From IMG/VR virus record IMGVR_UViG_3300044692_000046, positions 31,149 through 95,148 of that record: a stretch of 64,000 nt of DNA. One strand, written 5' to 3'. How positions within the stretch are numbered: position 1 is the stretch's first letter; each line of letters begins with the position of its first letter. Positions 53,958-62,863 of the stretch are shown here, piece after piece. The DNA is from a virus. The notes beneath the pieces were generated by a model. That model had not been told where the DNA came from. It searched no databases and worked only from the letters and a program-made list of their open reading frames with translations. The translations under genes were made by a program, and so were the position numbers.

Positions 53958-54973
53958 GCCGTCACCGGCTCGGGGAACTCGTCCCAGGTACGACCGTCGA
54001 GGAGCCGGCCGGCGGCGTGCTTGCCGACCTTCACCATCGCGGTCTGCCCGGCGGACGGCTCCCAGGACTGGTCGAAGCTGCCGTCAGGGTTGATCCAGAC
54101 AGCGGGTCGCGCCGGGTCGCCACCAGGGCGGTACTGACCCCATTGTTTGAACAAGAAGGGCACTCCGGCGGCGTTGCACTGGTCTCGCAGTGTCCGCGCC
54201 CAGTCGGGGTGCATCGGCCGGGCGCGCGGGCCGGACTCTCCTCCCGCTACGACCCAACGGATGCTGGTCGGCCAGCACTCCAGGGGAGTGATCGCGGTCG
54301 CGCCGTCCCAGTCGACCATCATCAGGTCGACCGGACCCAGCAGAGGTTCGCAGGACAGCCAGCGCACCGCCGCCGGAGTCTTCATCAGCGCCGGGATACG
54401 CAGATCGGCCCGCTTCTGGTCCTCGACACTGACCCCGAGCCAGACGTTGCGCAGCGGCCAGTTCGCAGCGACCCAGCGCGCGCCACGCTCCACCACGAGC
54501 GCCTCATCAGTGCCGTAGCCTGTGCTGCGCATTCCGGCGCGGTACACCGCCGCAGCGAACTGGGGACTGGACAGCAGTGAGCGCATCCGGCCGTGCCGCT
54601 TACTCAGCACCTGGTACGTGTGTTGTGGCGTGGCAGCCATGACCGCGAACGCCTGGACGATCACCTCGTCGGGAACGTCCGCGTGGAACAGGTCGGACAG
54701 GCTGTTCACGAACACCTTGCGGGGCTTGCGCCAGCGCAGCGGCAGAGACAACCGCTCCCGGATCACGTTGACCCGCCCGGTCCAGTCGACCCGGCCGTCC
54801 CGGTGCTCCACGGTGCCAGCGAACGCGGCGGCCACCTTCGGGTTGGGGTTGTGCTGGCGGATGTTGGCGGTCGTGATCGCGTAGCACTGGTCGCAGCCGG
54901 GCGACACTCGGTCGCAGCCGACCAGAAAATTCCAGGTGGCGTCGGCCCACTCTATGGCCGTGTTGTCGCTCAT
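53954..54973 (-). CDS. DUF5131 (phage Gp37/Gp68) protein
   Basis: TAIEWADATWN..GCDRVSPGCDQCYA..FVNSLSDLFH..SCEPLLG..GGESG..FKQWG. Confidence 0.92.
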   Translation of the reverse strand: MSDNTAIEWADATWNFLVGCDRVSPGCDQCYAITTANIRQHNPNPKVAAAFAGTVEHRDGRVDWTGRVNVIRERLSLPLRWRKPRKVFVNSLSDLFHADVPDEVIVQAFAVMAATPQHTYQVLSKRHGRMRSLLSSPQFAAAVYRAGMRSTGYGTDEALVVERGARWVAANWPLRNVWLGVSVEDQKRADLRIPALMKTPAAVRWLSCEPLLGPVDLMMVDWDGATAITPLECWPTSIRWVVAGGESGPRARPMHPDWARTLRDQCNAAGVPFLFKQWGQYRPGGDPARPAVWINPDGSFDQSWEPSAGQTAMVKVGKHAAGRLLDGRTWDEFPEPVTA

Positions 54974-55536
54974 CGGTCCATCGCCTCCACGGCGGGAAGT
55001 TGGGGCCACTCCACGGCGTCCAGCGCCGCCCTGTTGGCCTTCGGCATGTCCACCCACGGCTCGCCCAGGTGGTCGGCTCCCATCGCCGCCAGCGCCAGCG
55101 CGTCCGCTTCGTCGTTGCCGCCGTCGAACCAGCCGAAGCGCTTCGTGATCTCGCGGATCACGTCGTCCTTGCCAGCGTTCCCGCGGCCCGTCGCGTACCG
55201 GGCGCGGCAGGTTGGAGTCACCACGGCGTAGGCGATGCCGGCCTGGTCGAGGGCGTCCACGGTCAGCCACCACAGCCCCGCGCGGGACGTGGCGTGACCG
55301 GTCGTGCGGGTGTAGGCCAGTCCCTCGATCACCACGAACGGCTCGGTGGGGTCGATGAGCCTGCCGCCGGCGTTGACGTGGAACAGCACGGCATCACGCA
55401 TCCACCGCAGCCGCCGCAGCTCCGGCCACGAGTGGAGCTGGCCGGATGGACGGGCCACCTTCGCGGTGCGACTCTTGAAGGCCACCGCCGAGCAGGTCAG
55501 CGACAAGTCCACGCCGATCACGCGGTAGCCGGACAT
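54970..55536 (-). CDS. RuvC-like Holliday junction resolvase
   Basis: GVDLSLT, VVIEG, ATGRGNAGK, NDEADALAL. Confidence 0.85.
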   Translation of the reverse strand: MSGYRVIGVDLSLTCSAVAFKSRTAKVARPSGQLHSWPELRRLRWMRDAVLFHVNAGGRLIDPTEPFVVIEGLAYTRTTGHATSRAGLWWLTVDALDQAGIAYAVVTPTCRARYATGRGNAGKDDVIREITKRFGWFDGGNDEADALALAAMGADHLGEPWVDMPKANRAALDAVEWPQLPAVEAMDR

Positions 55537-55613
55537 CAGTCGTCGCCTCCGACGTAGTAGCTGAGCAGCGTCACGAGGGCCGCGACGCCGACGAGAATCC
55601 AGACGACGATCAC
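55536..55613 (-). CDS. 25-aa single-TM micropeptide
   Basis: MIVVWILVGVAALVTLLSYYVGGDD; GTGA and TGATG overlaps at both ends. Confidence 0.5.
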   Translation of the reverse strand: MIVVWILVGVAALVTLLSYYVGGDD

Positions 55614-55747
55614 TGCACCCTCCGATCGATGAGGACATAGCGGATGAGCCCGTTGAGGACGCCCGCCAGTCCGAAGCCGGCAGCGATCAGCAGGGCGAAG
55701 CACAGCAGCGGGACGCCCACGTTCTCCGCGAGGAACAGCGGCATCAC
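55610..55747 (-). CDS. Small membrane protein
   Basis: Hydrophobic, coupled. Confidence 0.55.
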   Translation of the reverse strand: MMPLFLAENVGVPLLCFALLIAAGFGLAGVLNGLIRYVLIDRRVQ

Positions 55748-56352
55748 GCCACCCCCGCCGGGGGCTCGTCGCAGTAGTTCCCGTCGTCGTCCAGCCACAC
55801 CGTGCCGACGTGCTTGAGGATCACCGGCACCTGCAGCGGGTCCTGGTTCTCGGTCAGCAGGAAGCCCAGCAGCCGATACCCGGACAGGTGCGGCTGGACC
55901 GCGTCGGTGGTCAGGTCATGGCAGTGCCTACACGCGTACAGCACGGCCGACGCCTTCGACTGGGCGATCTTCGCCTGACCGAACCGGCCGCCCGCCTTCT
56001 TGCCCTTGCGGTGGGCAGGATCGGTGGCTTGCCCCCAGCAGCCCTCCAGGCGGAGTTCGCAGTGCCCGCCGCTGCGCTTGGCGATGAGGCGGCGCGTCGC
56101 GTCCGGCACCGCGGGCTGCGGCCGAGACCGCAGCGGCGTAGCGCGGCGGGGAGCGGACTCCCGGACGCGAGCCCGGTAGTCTCGGACTGCCTCCGTGACC
56201 TTCGCCTTCCGGATCGCCTCCGCGCCCAGCGGCTTCAAGTCCCGTCGCAGCCGGTCCACATCAGCCGGGGACAGCACCCCATCACCCGACAGACGCACCG
56301 TGCCGTCCTCGGCTTCCTCAACCAGCACGCCGCAGATTTCGAACGCCTTCAT
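55744..56352 (-). CDS. HNH-like nuclease
   Basis: RSGGHCE..C..DPAHR..ACRHCH. Confidence 0.7.
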   Translation of the reverse strand: MKAFEICGVLVEEAEDGTVRLSGDGVLSPADVDRLRRDLKPLGAEAIRKAKVTEAVRDYRARVRESAPRRATPLRSRPQPAVPDATRRLIAKRSGGHCELRLEGCWGQATDPAHRKGKKAGGRFGQAKIAQSKASAVLYACRHCHDLTTDAVQPHLSGYRLLGFLLTENQDPLQVPVILKHVGTVWLDDDGNYCDEPPAGVA

Positions 56353-56552
56353 CGGGTGTCCTCCTCCCCCAGCCCCAGCAGGCACAGCCGCGGGTCACAG
56401 GCCGGGTGCTCCCGGCCGGGGGTGATCGGGCAGCCGCACTCCGGGCAGGCGCCCGGCTCGCCCGGCGCGGACTCTTCGGGGTGATGCGGGCAGGTCGGCC
56501 CGAGCGGCAGGACGAAGCGGGAGCCGCCGTTGCGGTCCACGGTGTGCGTCAC
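56349..56552 (-). CDS. Small Cys-rich protein
   Basis: Coupled. Confidence 0.5.
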   Translation of the reverse strand: MTHTVDRNGGSRFVLPLGPTCPHHPEESAPGEPGACPECGCPITPGREHPACDPRLCLLGLGEEDTR

Positions 56553-56947
56553 GACTCCTCACCGCCGTTCGGCGGCTCGATGCGGGCGGTGATGATCAGC
56601 CGGGTGCCCTCCGGGAAGTCGGACGCGAACGCCTTGAACCCGGGACCGGTACACAGGCCAGAGCCGGTAAGCGGACCGGCGCCGAACCAGAAGAGGTCGG
56701 GCAGCGTCCGCGTTCCGTGCACGCTCTCGTAGGGCGAGGTGGATGCGATGAGGACCCGCTCAGTCACCGGGTTGGCGGTGGACAGCACCTCGTTGGGCTT
56801 ATCGTGGCGGGTGCACGACCAGGCGGTGCCGTACTTCTTGACGTGCTCGGCCCGGTCACGCAGGCTGTCGAACTCCAGGAACGACACCTCCTGGCAGTGG
56901 GGTGTTGTGCAGTTGCGCCGCAGAGTGTTTCGCCGGCCCGCCATCAC
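56549..56947 (-). CDS. Hypothetical protein
   Basis: Coupled. Confidence 0.6.
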   Translation of the reverse strand: MMAGRRNTLRRNCTTPHCQEVSFLEFDSLRDRAEHVKKYGTAWSCTRHDKPNEVLSTANPVTERVLIASTSPYESVHGTRTLPDLFWFGAGPLTGSGLCTGPGFKAFASDFPEGTRLIITARIEPPNGGEES

Positions 56948-57858
56948 GCACCCCCGCCCGGCTGATCGGTGCCGGGAATGGTGGCCGTGTCGGGCCACTG
57001 CTCGCCGTCACTCGGCCCCTCCACCGCCTCGCCGTCGATGAAGTCGGTGACCTCGGCGGCGTCCGCACCCGGGTTCAGGTCCACCCGCACCCCGTCGTCT
57101 ACCGCGATGGCCTGCGCCAGCTCCGTGGACTTCGGCATGTACTTCGCCAGCTGGCGGACGCAGGTCTTCAGTGCCATGCCTTCGAAGTTCTCGACCCACG
57201 GCCCGAACAGCTGCTTCTCGCGGTTCCGGGGTGCGTACTCCTCGCGGTAGTTGAGCATCTCCCGCTGTGACATCACGATGAACGCGTGACCGCCGTTGGT
57301 GGTCTTCGCGATCGCGTAGTAGGCGACGGGCTTGCCGCGGTCCTCCAGCATGTTCGGCTTGTGCACCAGCCGGTCCGCCAGGCCGTAGTCCACGTCGAAC
57401 TCGTCGTTCTCGTACACGACTCGGGCGATCAGCGAGGCGACTTTGCCGGAGCGGTGCGCGAGTTCGATGTAGCCCTGGTAGCCGATGACCAGTTGCGCCT
57501 TGAAACCACCCTGCCAGCGGCCGTTGTCGTCCTTGTACAGCTTCGAGGTCCAGAACGGTAGCAGCCACGCATGACCCAGCACGCCGGGCCGTAGCCCAAG
57601 CTGCGCGCAGGTCATCAGGGAGCCCAGCACGCTGGCGCGCTCGCACTTCTCCAGGTTCTTCGTGGTGCGCAGCGCGGTCAGCGCGTCGCGGATCAGCTGG
57701 GTCGCCTCGGCGCCCTTCGGCATGGCCAACTGGTACTCGGCCTGCATCTTGACGATCTCGTCCTTGAGCGTCTTGATGGCCGGGTTGCCGTTGCCGTTCT
57801 CCCGGCGGGTGGCCAGAGCGGTACGCGCGTCGGGCTGTGCCTGACGGGTGCTCATCAC
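56944..57858 (-). CDS. recT: RecT ssDNA-annealing protein
   Basis: CAQLGLRP..LGHAWLLPF..IGYQGYIELAHRSG..MALKT. Confidence 0.95.
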   Translation of the reverse strand: MMSTRQAQPDARTALATRRENGNGNPAIKTLKDEIVKMQAEYQLAMPKGAEATQLIRDALTALRTTKNLEKCERASVLGSLMTCAQLGLRPGVLGHAWLLPFWTSKLYKDDNGRWQGGFKAQLVIGYQGYIELAHRSGKVASLIARVVYENDEFDVDYGLADRLVHKPNMLEDRGKPVAYYAIAKTTNGGHAFIVMSQREMLNYREEYAPRNREKQLFGPWVENFEGMALKTCVRQLAKYMPKSTELAQAIAVDDGVRVDLNPGADAAEVTDFIDGEAVEGPSDGEQWPDTATIPGTDQPGGGA

Positions 57859-58841
57859 AACTCCTCTTTCACGCCGAGGACCCGCTTGGCGGGCCGGCGG
57901 TAGGTCTCAGGGTCAGGAAGGTCGAAGCCGTGTTCGGCGGCGAGGTCGAGAACCATGCGCTGCCAGTCCACGGTGTTGCGCTGCTCGTCCCAGGTGACGA
58001 TCGGTCGCCCGTCGAGCAGCCCGACAGCGTGCTCCTTGAGCAGCGCCTTGAGCAGCACGCCCTCCGCCTCCTTGGCCTTCTTGGCGTCGGACTCGGCGGT
58101 GCGGTGCTTGCGGTAGCGGGCAACGATCTCGGCGGCCTCGGTGCCGTCTAGGTCGATCTCGGCGGCAGTGGGATGCGGGTACAGAGCTTTCAGGATCGCG
58201 TTGTCGCCTGCGCCCAGCGGCGGTTCCACGCCCTCCACGACGTGCTGGCGCCACCACTGACCCACCTGCGCTAGCAGCTCAGCTTCGATGCCGAGGTCAC
58301 GCTCAACGACGTGGTGGACGACGCCCATGCCGGCCACCAGGCCCACCACGTGCACCCGGTCGGCCAGCATCACCGACATCTGCCAGCGTGCCTGCAACTC
58401 GTAGGCCAGCGGGATCGAGTCCTCGGTCCAGCCCGCCGGAGCGCCGTAGCCGGAGGCGATGCCCGCGGTCTTGCATTCGACCAACTCGGCCAAGCCGTCC
58501 ACCGCGCCGTCCGGAGACGCCATCCGCCACCGGCGCACCGGGTCCCGGTACAGGCGGGCAGGAGTGCGCTCCACGGGCCGTCCGAGGATGACCGCGGCCT
58601 GACTGAGCAGCCACGGCTCCAGGTCATCGCCCAGCCTGGCCGCCGCCGACTGGCTCTCCTCGAACGGACGCCCGCCGGTCTTCTCCACCCACACCTCGTA
58701 CGGCGTGTCGTAGCCGGAAAACCCCAGCACCGAGGCGATGTCCGAGGCGCCAAGCCCGGCGCTGCGAGCATCGAGCCACTCCTCGCGGGTGGCTTCCCAG
58801 CCGATCACCGGCTGCGGGTCGGTAGACAGGATCGCGGTCAT
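57855..58841 (-). CDS. YqaJ/RecE-like exonuclease
   Basis: WL..R..GLGASD, ASPDG, ECKT, YELQARWQM. Confidence 0.92.
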   Translation of the reverse strand: MTAILSTDPQPVIGWEATREEWLDARSAGLGASDIASVLGFSGYDTPYEVWVEKTGGRPFEESQSAAARLGDDLEPWLLSQAAVILGRPVERTPARLYRDPVRRWRMASPDGAVDGLAELVECKTAGIASGYGAPAGWTEDSIPLAYELQARWQMSVMLADRVHVVGLVAGMGVVHHVVERDLGIEAELLAQVGQWWRQHVVEGVEPPLGAGDNAILKALYPHPTAAEIDLDGTEAAEIVARYRKHRTAESDAKKAKEAEGVLLKALLKEHAVGLLDGRPIVTWDEQRNTVDWQRMVLDLAAEHGFDLPDPETYRRPAKRVLGVKEEL

Positions 58842-59014
58842 GCCGCACCCCAGTCCCCGTGCACCCGGTCATACCGAGCGTGGTCGTCGGTCAGCCACTC
58901 GTCGTGCAGAGCCGGGTCGGGGCAGCCGCCGTCCTCTGGAGTCCGGTTGCGGTCCAGAGCGCAGTGCTTGCAGGCGACGAACGGCGAGGTGGTGTAGGGC
59001 AGCGGCTCGGTCAT
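58838..59014 (-). CDS. Small hypothetical protein (58 aa)
   Basis: ATGA overlaps at both ends; CKHC. Confidence 0.5.
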   Translation of the reverse strand: MTEPLPYTTSPFVACKHCALDRNRTPEDGGCPDPALHDEWLTDDHARYDRVHGDWGAA

Positions 59015-59325
59015 CGCTGAACCCCCCAGTCGATCTGCGCGTCCAGTTCACGCCAGTTGGTTTCGGCGACCAGCCGCCCGGCGCGCTCGTCCATGGCGCG
59101 GCGCACCGCCGCGTGGTACAGGTCCACGGGCTCGACGAGGCGGGCCTGCTTGACCGGCGGGTCGTTGACGTAGGCGCGGGCAACAAGCCGACCCAGGCGC
59201 GCCGCGCAGCGCCCGATCCGCTGGGCGTTCAGCACCAGCAGGATCACCGTGCCGTCGAAGCCAACCGCGCCGGTGAAGCCGGCGATCGCGGTGTGCCGGT
59301 GGCACCACAGCATCAGCCAGGTCAT
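59011..59325 (-). CDS. Membrane-anchored hypothetical protein
   Basis: Coupled. Confidence 0.55.
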   Translation of the reverse strand: MTWLMLWCHRHTAIAGFTGAVGFDGTVILLVLNAQRIGRCAARLGRLVARAYVNDPPVKQARLVEPVDLYHAAVRRAMDERAGRLVAETNWRELDAQIDWGVQR

Positions 59326-59492
59326 CGCGCACCCGCCTTGGCCTTGAGCACGCCGACCAGACCGCGAACGAAGACACTGCCGCCGACAACAAGGCCGGTC
59401 ACGCAGACGCCGATCGTGAAGCGCGGGTGCTGCGCCACGAACGCCACGGCGGCGAACATGGTGGAGTCGAAGAACCGGACGACCGCGGCCAT
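59322..59492 (-). CDS. Small membrane protein
   Basis: Coupled at both ends; hydrophobic. Confidence 0.5.
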   Translation of the reverse strand: MAAVVRFFDSTMFAAVAFVAQHPRFTIGVCVTGLVVGGSVFVRGLVGVLKAKAGAR

Positions 59493-59707
59493 CAGGCGGC
59501 CCTCCCCTGCACGTTGCAGGCGTGCGCCCGCAGGTGCCGCAGCCGTGCGTGCCCCCGGGACATGTGGTGCGCCCCGTCGTCCGGGCAGTCCTGGCAGCCG
59601 GGCTCGTGGATCAGCCCGCCGGCCACCAGCACCTCATCGGAGTCGGTGAGCGGGCCGAGGATGAACGGTGCGTCGGCGGTGATGTCGGTGGTGTCGATGA
59701 GCCTCAC
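59492..59707 (-). CDS. Hypothetical protein
   Basis: Coupled; CQDC. Confidence 0.55.
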   Translation of the reverse strand: MRLIDTTDITADAPFILGPLTDSDEVLVAGGLIHEPGCQDCPDDGAHHMSRGHARLRHLRAHACNVQGRAA

Positions 59708-59991
59708 GACGACTCACCGCCCGCCTGCTGGTCGATCCATTCGCCGGCCGTGACATCCCGGATGGTGCGGATGTCCTCCTCAGCGGCGGCGAGCATCAGC
59801 AGCCAGCGCCCGTCGAACTCGCCGTGTATGGTGATGCGCCGGATGTGGCCGACCCGGTTGATGACCGGACTGAACAGCCCGATGCCTTCCGGAGGGGGCA
59901 GGATCAGCTGGTGGCCTTGGATGCGCTCGACGTGCCCGGTCTGCCACGTGATCTCGTAGGTGCGCAGCGGGCCGTAGTCGTGGTCGATCAT
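59704..59991 (-). CDS. Hypothetical protein
   Basis: Coupled. Confidence 0.6.
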   Translation of the reverse strand: MIDHDYGPLRTYEITWQTGHVERIQGHQLILPPPEGIGLFSPVINRVGHIRRITIHGEFDGRWLLMLAAAEEDIRTIRDVTAGEWIDQQAGGESS

Positions 59992-60182
59992 CGGGTCTCA
60001 CCCCCGGCAAGCGCCGCCCAGCCTTCGGCGTACAGGTCGTTGATGAGCCGTCGGGCCACGACCACGCGGGTGCGGTAGCGGCGGTGGTAGCGGTGCGCGC
60101 CGTGGGTGTGCCGGGGGCGGTGGTGGCGCCACTCGCGGCGCATCCACCGCGCCAGCTCGATGTACAGCAGCAGGCGGAACAT
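59988..60182 (-). CDS. Small Arg/His-rich protein
   Basis: Coupled. Confidence 0.5.
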   Translation of the reverse strand: MFRLLLYIELARWMRREWRHHRPRHTHGAHRYHRRYRTRVVVARRLINDLYAEGWAALAGGETR

Positions 60183-60466
60183 CAGCGGGCACCTTCCTCG
60201 GTCAGGAACTGATGGACCCAGCACTCGCGCTTCCCGCTGAACGGGCTCTTGCCGAGACGGGCGAGAACCTCACCAGTCCGCTTGTCGCGCACCTGGATCC
60301 ACTGCCAGCCCGCCCGGTCCCGCTGCTCCAGCCATGCCGAGATCGGCTTGTGGTGGGCGCGGCCGGTGCGCTCCCGGCCCTCGGCGTCCACGCCCCGGTA
60401 CAGGAGAGTCGGGTTGCGGCCCGCAAAGAACAGGTCGCGGTAGGTCGTCTCTGCGGTGATCCTCAC
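60182..60466 (-). CDS. Hypothetical protein
   Basis: Coupled. Confidence 0.55.
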   Translation of the reverse strand: MRITAETTYRDLFFAGRNPTLLYRGVDAEGRERTGRAHHKPISAWLEQRDRAGWQWIQVRDKRTGEVLARLGKSPFSGKRECWVHQFLTEEGAR

Positions 60467-60726
60467 CGGGCACCTCCCTGACGGAGCAGCGAGTACGAGT
60501 GGGTGTGACGGTGCAGCGCGTCATGCACCAGCCGGGCACGCTCCGCGGCCTTCTCGGAGCCGTAGCGCAGCGGCAGTGTCGTCCGCTCCCCGGTCGCCCG
60601 TTCGGTGGCGAGGATCTGCCAGTAGGGGCGGCGCAGCTGCTTGTCCAGCCAGTGCTTGAGCGCGCCGACCGAGCCGCCGAGGACGAGCACGACCGCGATC
60701 GCGAACAGTTCGGGGGCGTGGCTCAT
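60463..60726 (-). CDS. Membrane-anchored hypothetical protein
   Basis: N-terminal TM; coupled. Confidence 0.55.
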   Translation of the reverse strand: MSHAPELFAIAVVLVLGGSVGALKHWLDKQLRRPYWQILATERATGERTTLPLRYGSEKAAERARLVHDALHRHTHSYSLLRQGGAR

Positions 60727-60914
60727 CGCGCACCATCCAGGTACGCGGCGGCGGCCTTCTGTGCGTGCGGGTCCACCCAGCCAGGGATTTGCTCCGCGAC
60801 CCGTGCTTCGCCTTCCAGCCAAGCGGCGACGTGCAGCTCCCACTCAGTCTCGGTCGCCAGCGCGTCTTCCCGGATCAGGCGGGCGGCCTCGCGCATCTGC
60901 TCGGCGGGGCTCAT
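60723..60914 (-). CDS. Hypothetical protein
   Basis: Coupled. Confidence 0.55.
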   Translation of the reverse strand: MSPAEQMREAARLIREDALATETEWELHVAAWLEGEARVAEQIPGWVDPHAQKAAAAYLDGAR

Positions 60915-61126
60915 GACGCACCGCCCCAGCGCTGGCACATGACCTCGTCACTCGGGTCGGCGGTGAAGAACGACCCGTCCGAGAGCTTGATGACCATCTG
61001 GTTCGACGGCGGGGTGGTCTCGATCGCCGTCACACGGACCCAAAGGCTGTCGTCGGTCTTGACCTCGAATCCCGGCTTGATGAAGGTCGCTTGCCGGAAC
61101 AGTGGAGGCAGGTAGGTCTGCGTCAT
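60911..61126 (-). CDS. Small beta-barrel-like hypothetical protein
   Basis: Coupled. Confidence 0.55.
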   Translation of the reverse strand: MTQTYLPPLFRQATFIKPGFEVKTDDSLWVRVTAIETTPPSNQMVIKLSDGSFFTADPSDEVMCQRWGGAS

Positions 61127-61518
61127 GACGCACCGCCTTGAGCCTCGGCCAGCTCCCGCAGGTAGCTGTCGGCGATGCGGTCGAAGTCGAGCGCGACACC
61201 CTGCGCGGATCGGCAGTACGGCCAGCCGGGCTCCGGCAGCTTCGCCTCGATCAGTGCCCACACCCGGCCGATCAGCCGCCCCGCCTCCAGCGGATCCGAC
61301 CACCGCTGCTCCACCGCCGAGCGCACCGCCTCCCGGGCGTCAGACAGCGACGGCCCGGCGTTGCGGGACTCCAGCAGCAGTGCCGCCGCCGCCCGGATCA
61401 CCTCCACCGCCGACGGGGTAGGAACGGGCTGATCGGGGTGCTGGTGCATCCAGGCCACCGCGTGGCGGGCCTCGTCCACGTCGTGGACCCACTGCGGGTC
61501 GTGCAGCACGGCGGTCAT
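61123..61518 (-). CDS. Hypothetical protein
   Basis: Coupled. Confidence 0.55.
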   Translation of the reverse strand: MTAVLHDPQWVHDVDEARHAVAWMHQHPDQPVPTPSAVEVIRAAAALLLESRNAGPSLSDAREAVRSAVEQRWSDPLEAGRLIGRVWALIEAKLPEPGWPYCRSAQGVALDFDRIADSYLRELAEAQGGAS

Positions 61519-61754
61519 GACGCGCTCACCGCGATCCGCCAGTCCCGCCACACGCCCGACGCCATCGAGCCGTCCAGCGTGAAGCCCAGCGCGGTCGCCC
61601 ACAGCGACACGTCGGCGGTGTTCTCGGCCGTCAGGTACAGCTGCGAGCCCTGGAACCAGATGTTCGGCTGCGGGAGCTGCCACTCGGCGGCGAGGTCGTA
61701 CAGCGCGATAGCGACGCCGGAGTAGTCCCGCGGCTCCTGGGTGGCGGTGGTCAT
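61515..61754 (-). CDS. Hypothetical protein
   Basis: Coupled. Confidence 0.6.
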   Translation of the reverse strand: MTTATQEPRDYSGVAIALYDLAAEWQLPQPNIWFQGSQLYLTAENTADVSLWATALGFTLDGSMASGVWRDWRIAVSAS

Positions 61755-62164
61755 CGCGACTCACCCCGATCGGCCAACTGGTGCCGACGCTCCAGCCGCA
61801 GCGGTGCCAACTCGCGCAGAGCCCAGTCCGGCTTCAGCGAGGCGCCGCCCATGATTCGCTGCGCCGGAGCGAACTCCACACGCGGAGCCTCGTACTCCTC
61901 GTCGTCGGGGTCGCTGAGGTCGCGAGCGAACAGCAGCACGTCGCCCCACGCGCTACGGCCGATCCACAGGTCCCCGACCTGTGGCGGCCACTCGGCCGGA
62001 GCGGTCTGCTCGGTCGTTACCGCCGGAACCAGCGGCAGATCGACCCGCCCGTCGTGTGGCGTGCCAGGGATGGATATCGTCACCCAGAAGTCGTTGCTGT
62101 CGTGCACTCGGGCACCCTTGATGGTGATGTCCCGCAGTTCGCCGGGCTGGAAGTTGGCGGTCAT
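61751..62164 (-). CDS. Hypothetical protein
   Basis: Coupled; N-terminal half resembles 62161..62352. Confidence 0.6.
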   Translation of the reverse strand: MTANFQPGELRDITIKGARVHDSNDFWVTISIPGTPHDGRVDLPLVPAVTTEQTAPAEWPPQVGDLWIGRSAWGDVLLFARDLSDPDDEEYEAPRVEFAPAQRIMGGASLKPDWALRELAPLRLERRHQLADRGESR

Positions 62165-62352
62165 CGCGACTCACCCGCCTCAACGGGCTCGACCGTGACG
62201 CTCGGGGTCGAGGTGGCCACGGTGGCCTCGAAGACCTCGCCGGTCTCCTCATTCGAGTAGATGACGGTCACCGTGCCGTAGTCGTCGACCTCGGTGATCT
62301 GCGCGCCCCGAATCTGGATGTCGACGGTTCGGTAGGGGATGAGCGCACTCAT
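62161..62352 (-). CDS. Small hypothetical protein
   Basis: Coupled. Confidence 0.6.
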   Translation of the reverse strand: MSALIPYRTVDIQIRGAQITEVDDYGTVTVIYSNEETGEVFEATVATSTPSVTVEPVEAGESR

Positions 62353-62699
62353 CGCGACTCACCGCCGAACTCCCGCTCGTACCACGACTCCAACTCGGCG
62401 CGGATCACCGCGTCGTCCTCGCCGGCCTCACGCCAGCGGCACCCCAACTCCTGACCGGCCAAGCCGCCACCGTCGCCGTAGCACACGCCGCCGATCACGG
62501 GGCAGTTGGTGGACAGGGGCACGTCACCGTCGCTCTGCGGCGTGCTGGAGTGCACCTCGATCGAGCCAGAGTAGCCTCCGTACGCCGACCAGGACACGGC
62601 GCGGCCGGGGGCGATCAGCGCCCACAGGCGCATGTCGTTCTGGGTTGTGGTGGTGAACGTCGGCTGGTCGCTGGTGACCTTGCTATCGTTCTGACTCAC
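62349..62699 (-). CDS. Hypothetical protein
   Basis: AAGGAG RBS before GTG 62699; CPVIGGVCYGDG. Confidence 0.6.
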   Translation of the reverse strand: MSQNDSKVTSDQPTFTTTTQNDMRLWALIAPGRAVSWSAYGGYSGSIEVHSSTPQSDGDVPLSTNCPVIGGVCYGDGGGLAGQELGCRWREAGEDDAVIRAELESWYEREFGGESR

Positions 62700-62732
62700 G
62701 GGACCTGCTCCTTCCATGTGGTCTGGTCCCCA

Positions 62733-62835
62733 GGCCCCACCCCTGGGATCTGCGGTCCCGGGTGGGGCCGATCTCTGTCTGGACTTGTGGTTCCGCGGGT
62801 CGCCCTGCCGACCCCTCGAACGACAGGGCGACCCG
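62733..62835. terminator. Two long intergenic stem-loops
   Basis: GGCCCCACC/GGTGGGGCC (62733-62769) and 12-bp CGGGTCGCCCTG/CAGGGCGACCCG (62796-62835). Confidence 0.55.
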
Positions 62836-62863
62836 TCCCGGTCATCGCCGCCGGGAAGTTGTG

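Noticed and set aside
59322-62363. CRISPR-like array from the repeated 15-mers
   Set aside because: Repeats are too short, spaced by whole genes, coincide with RBS/stop-start junctions, and no cas genes are present.
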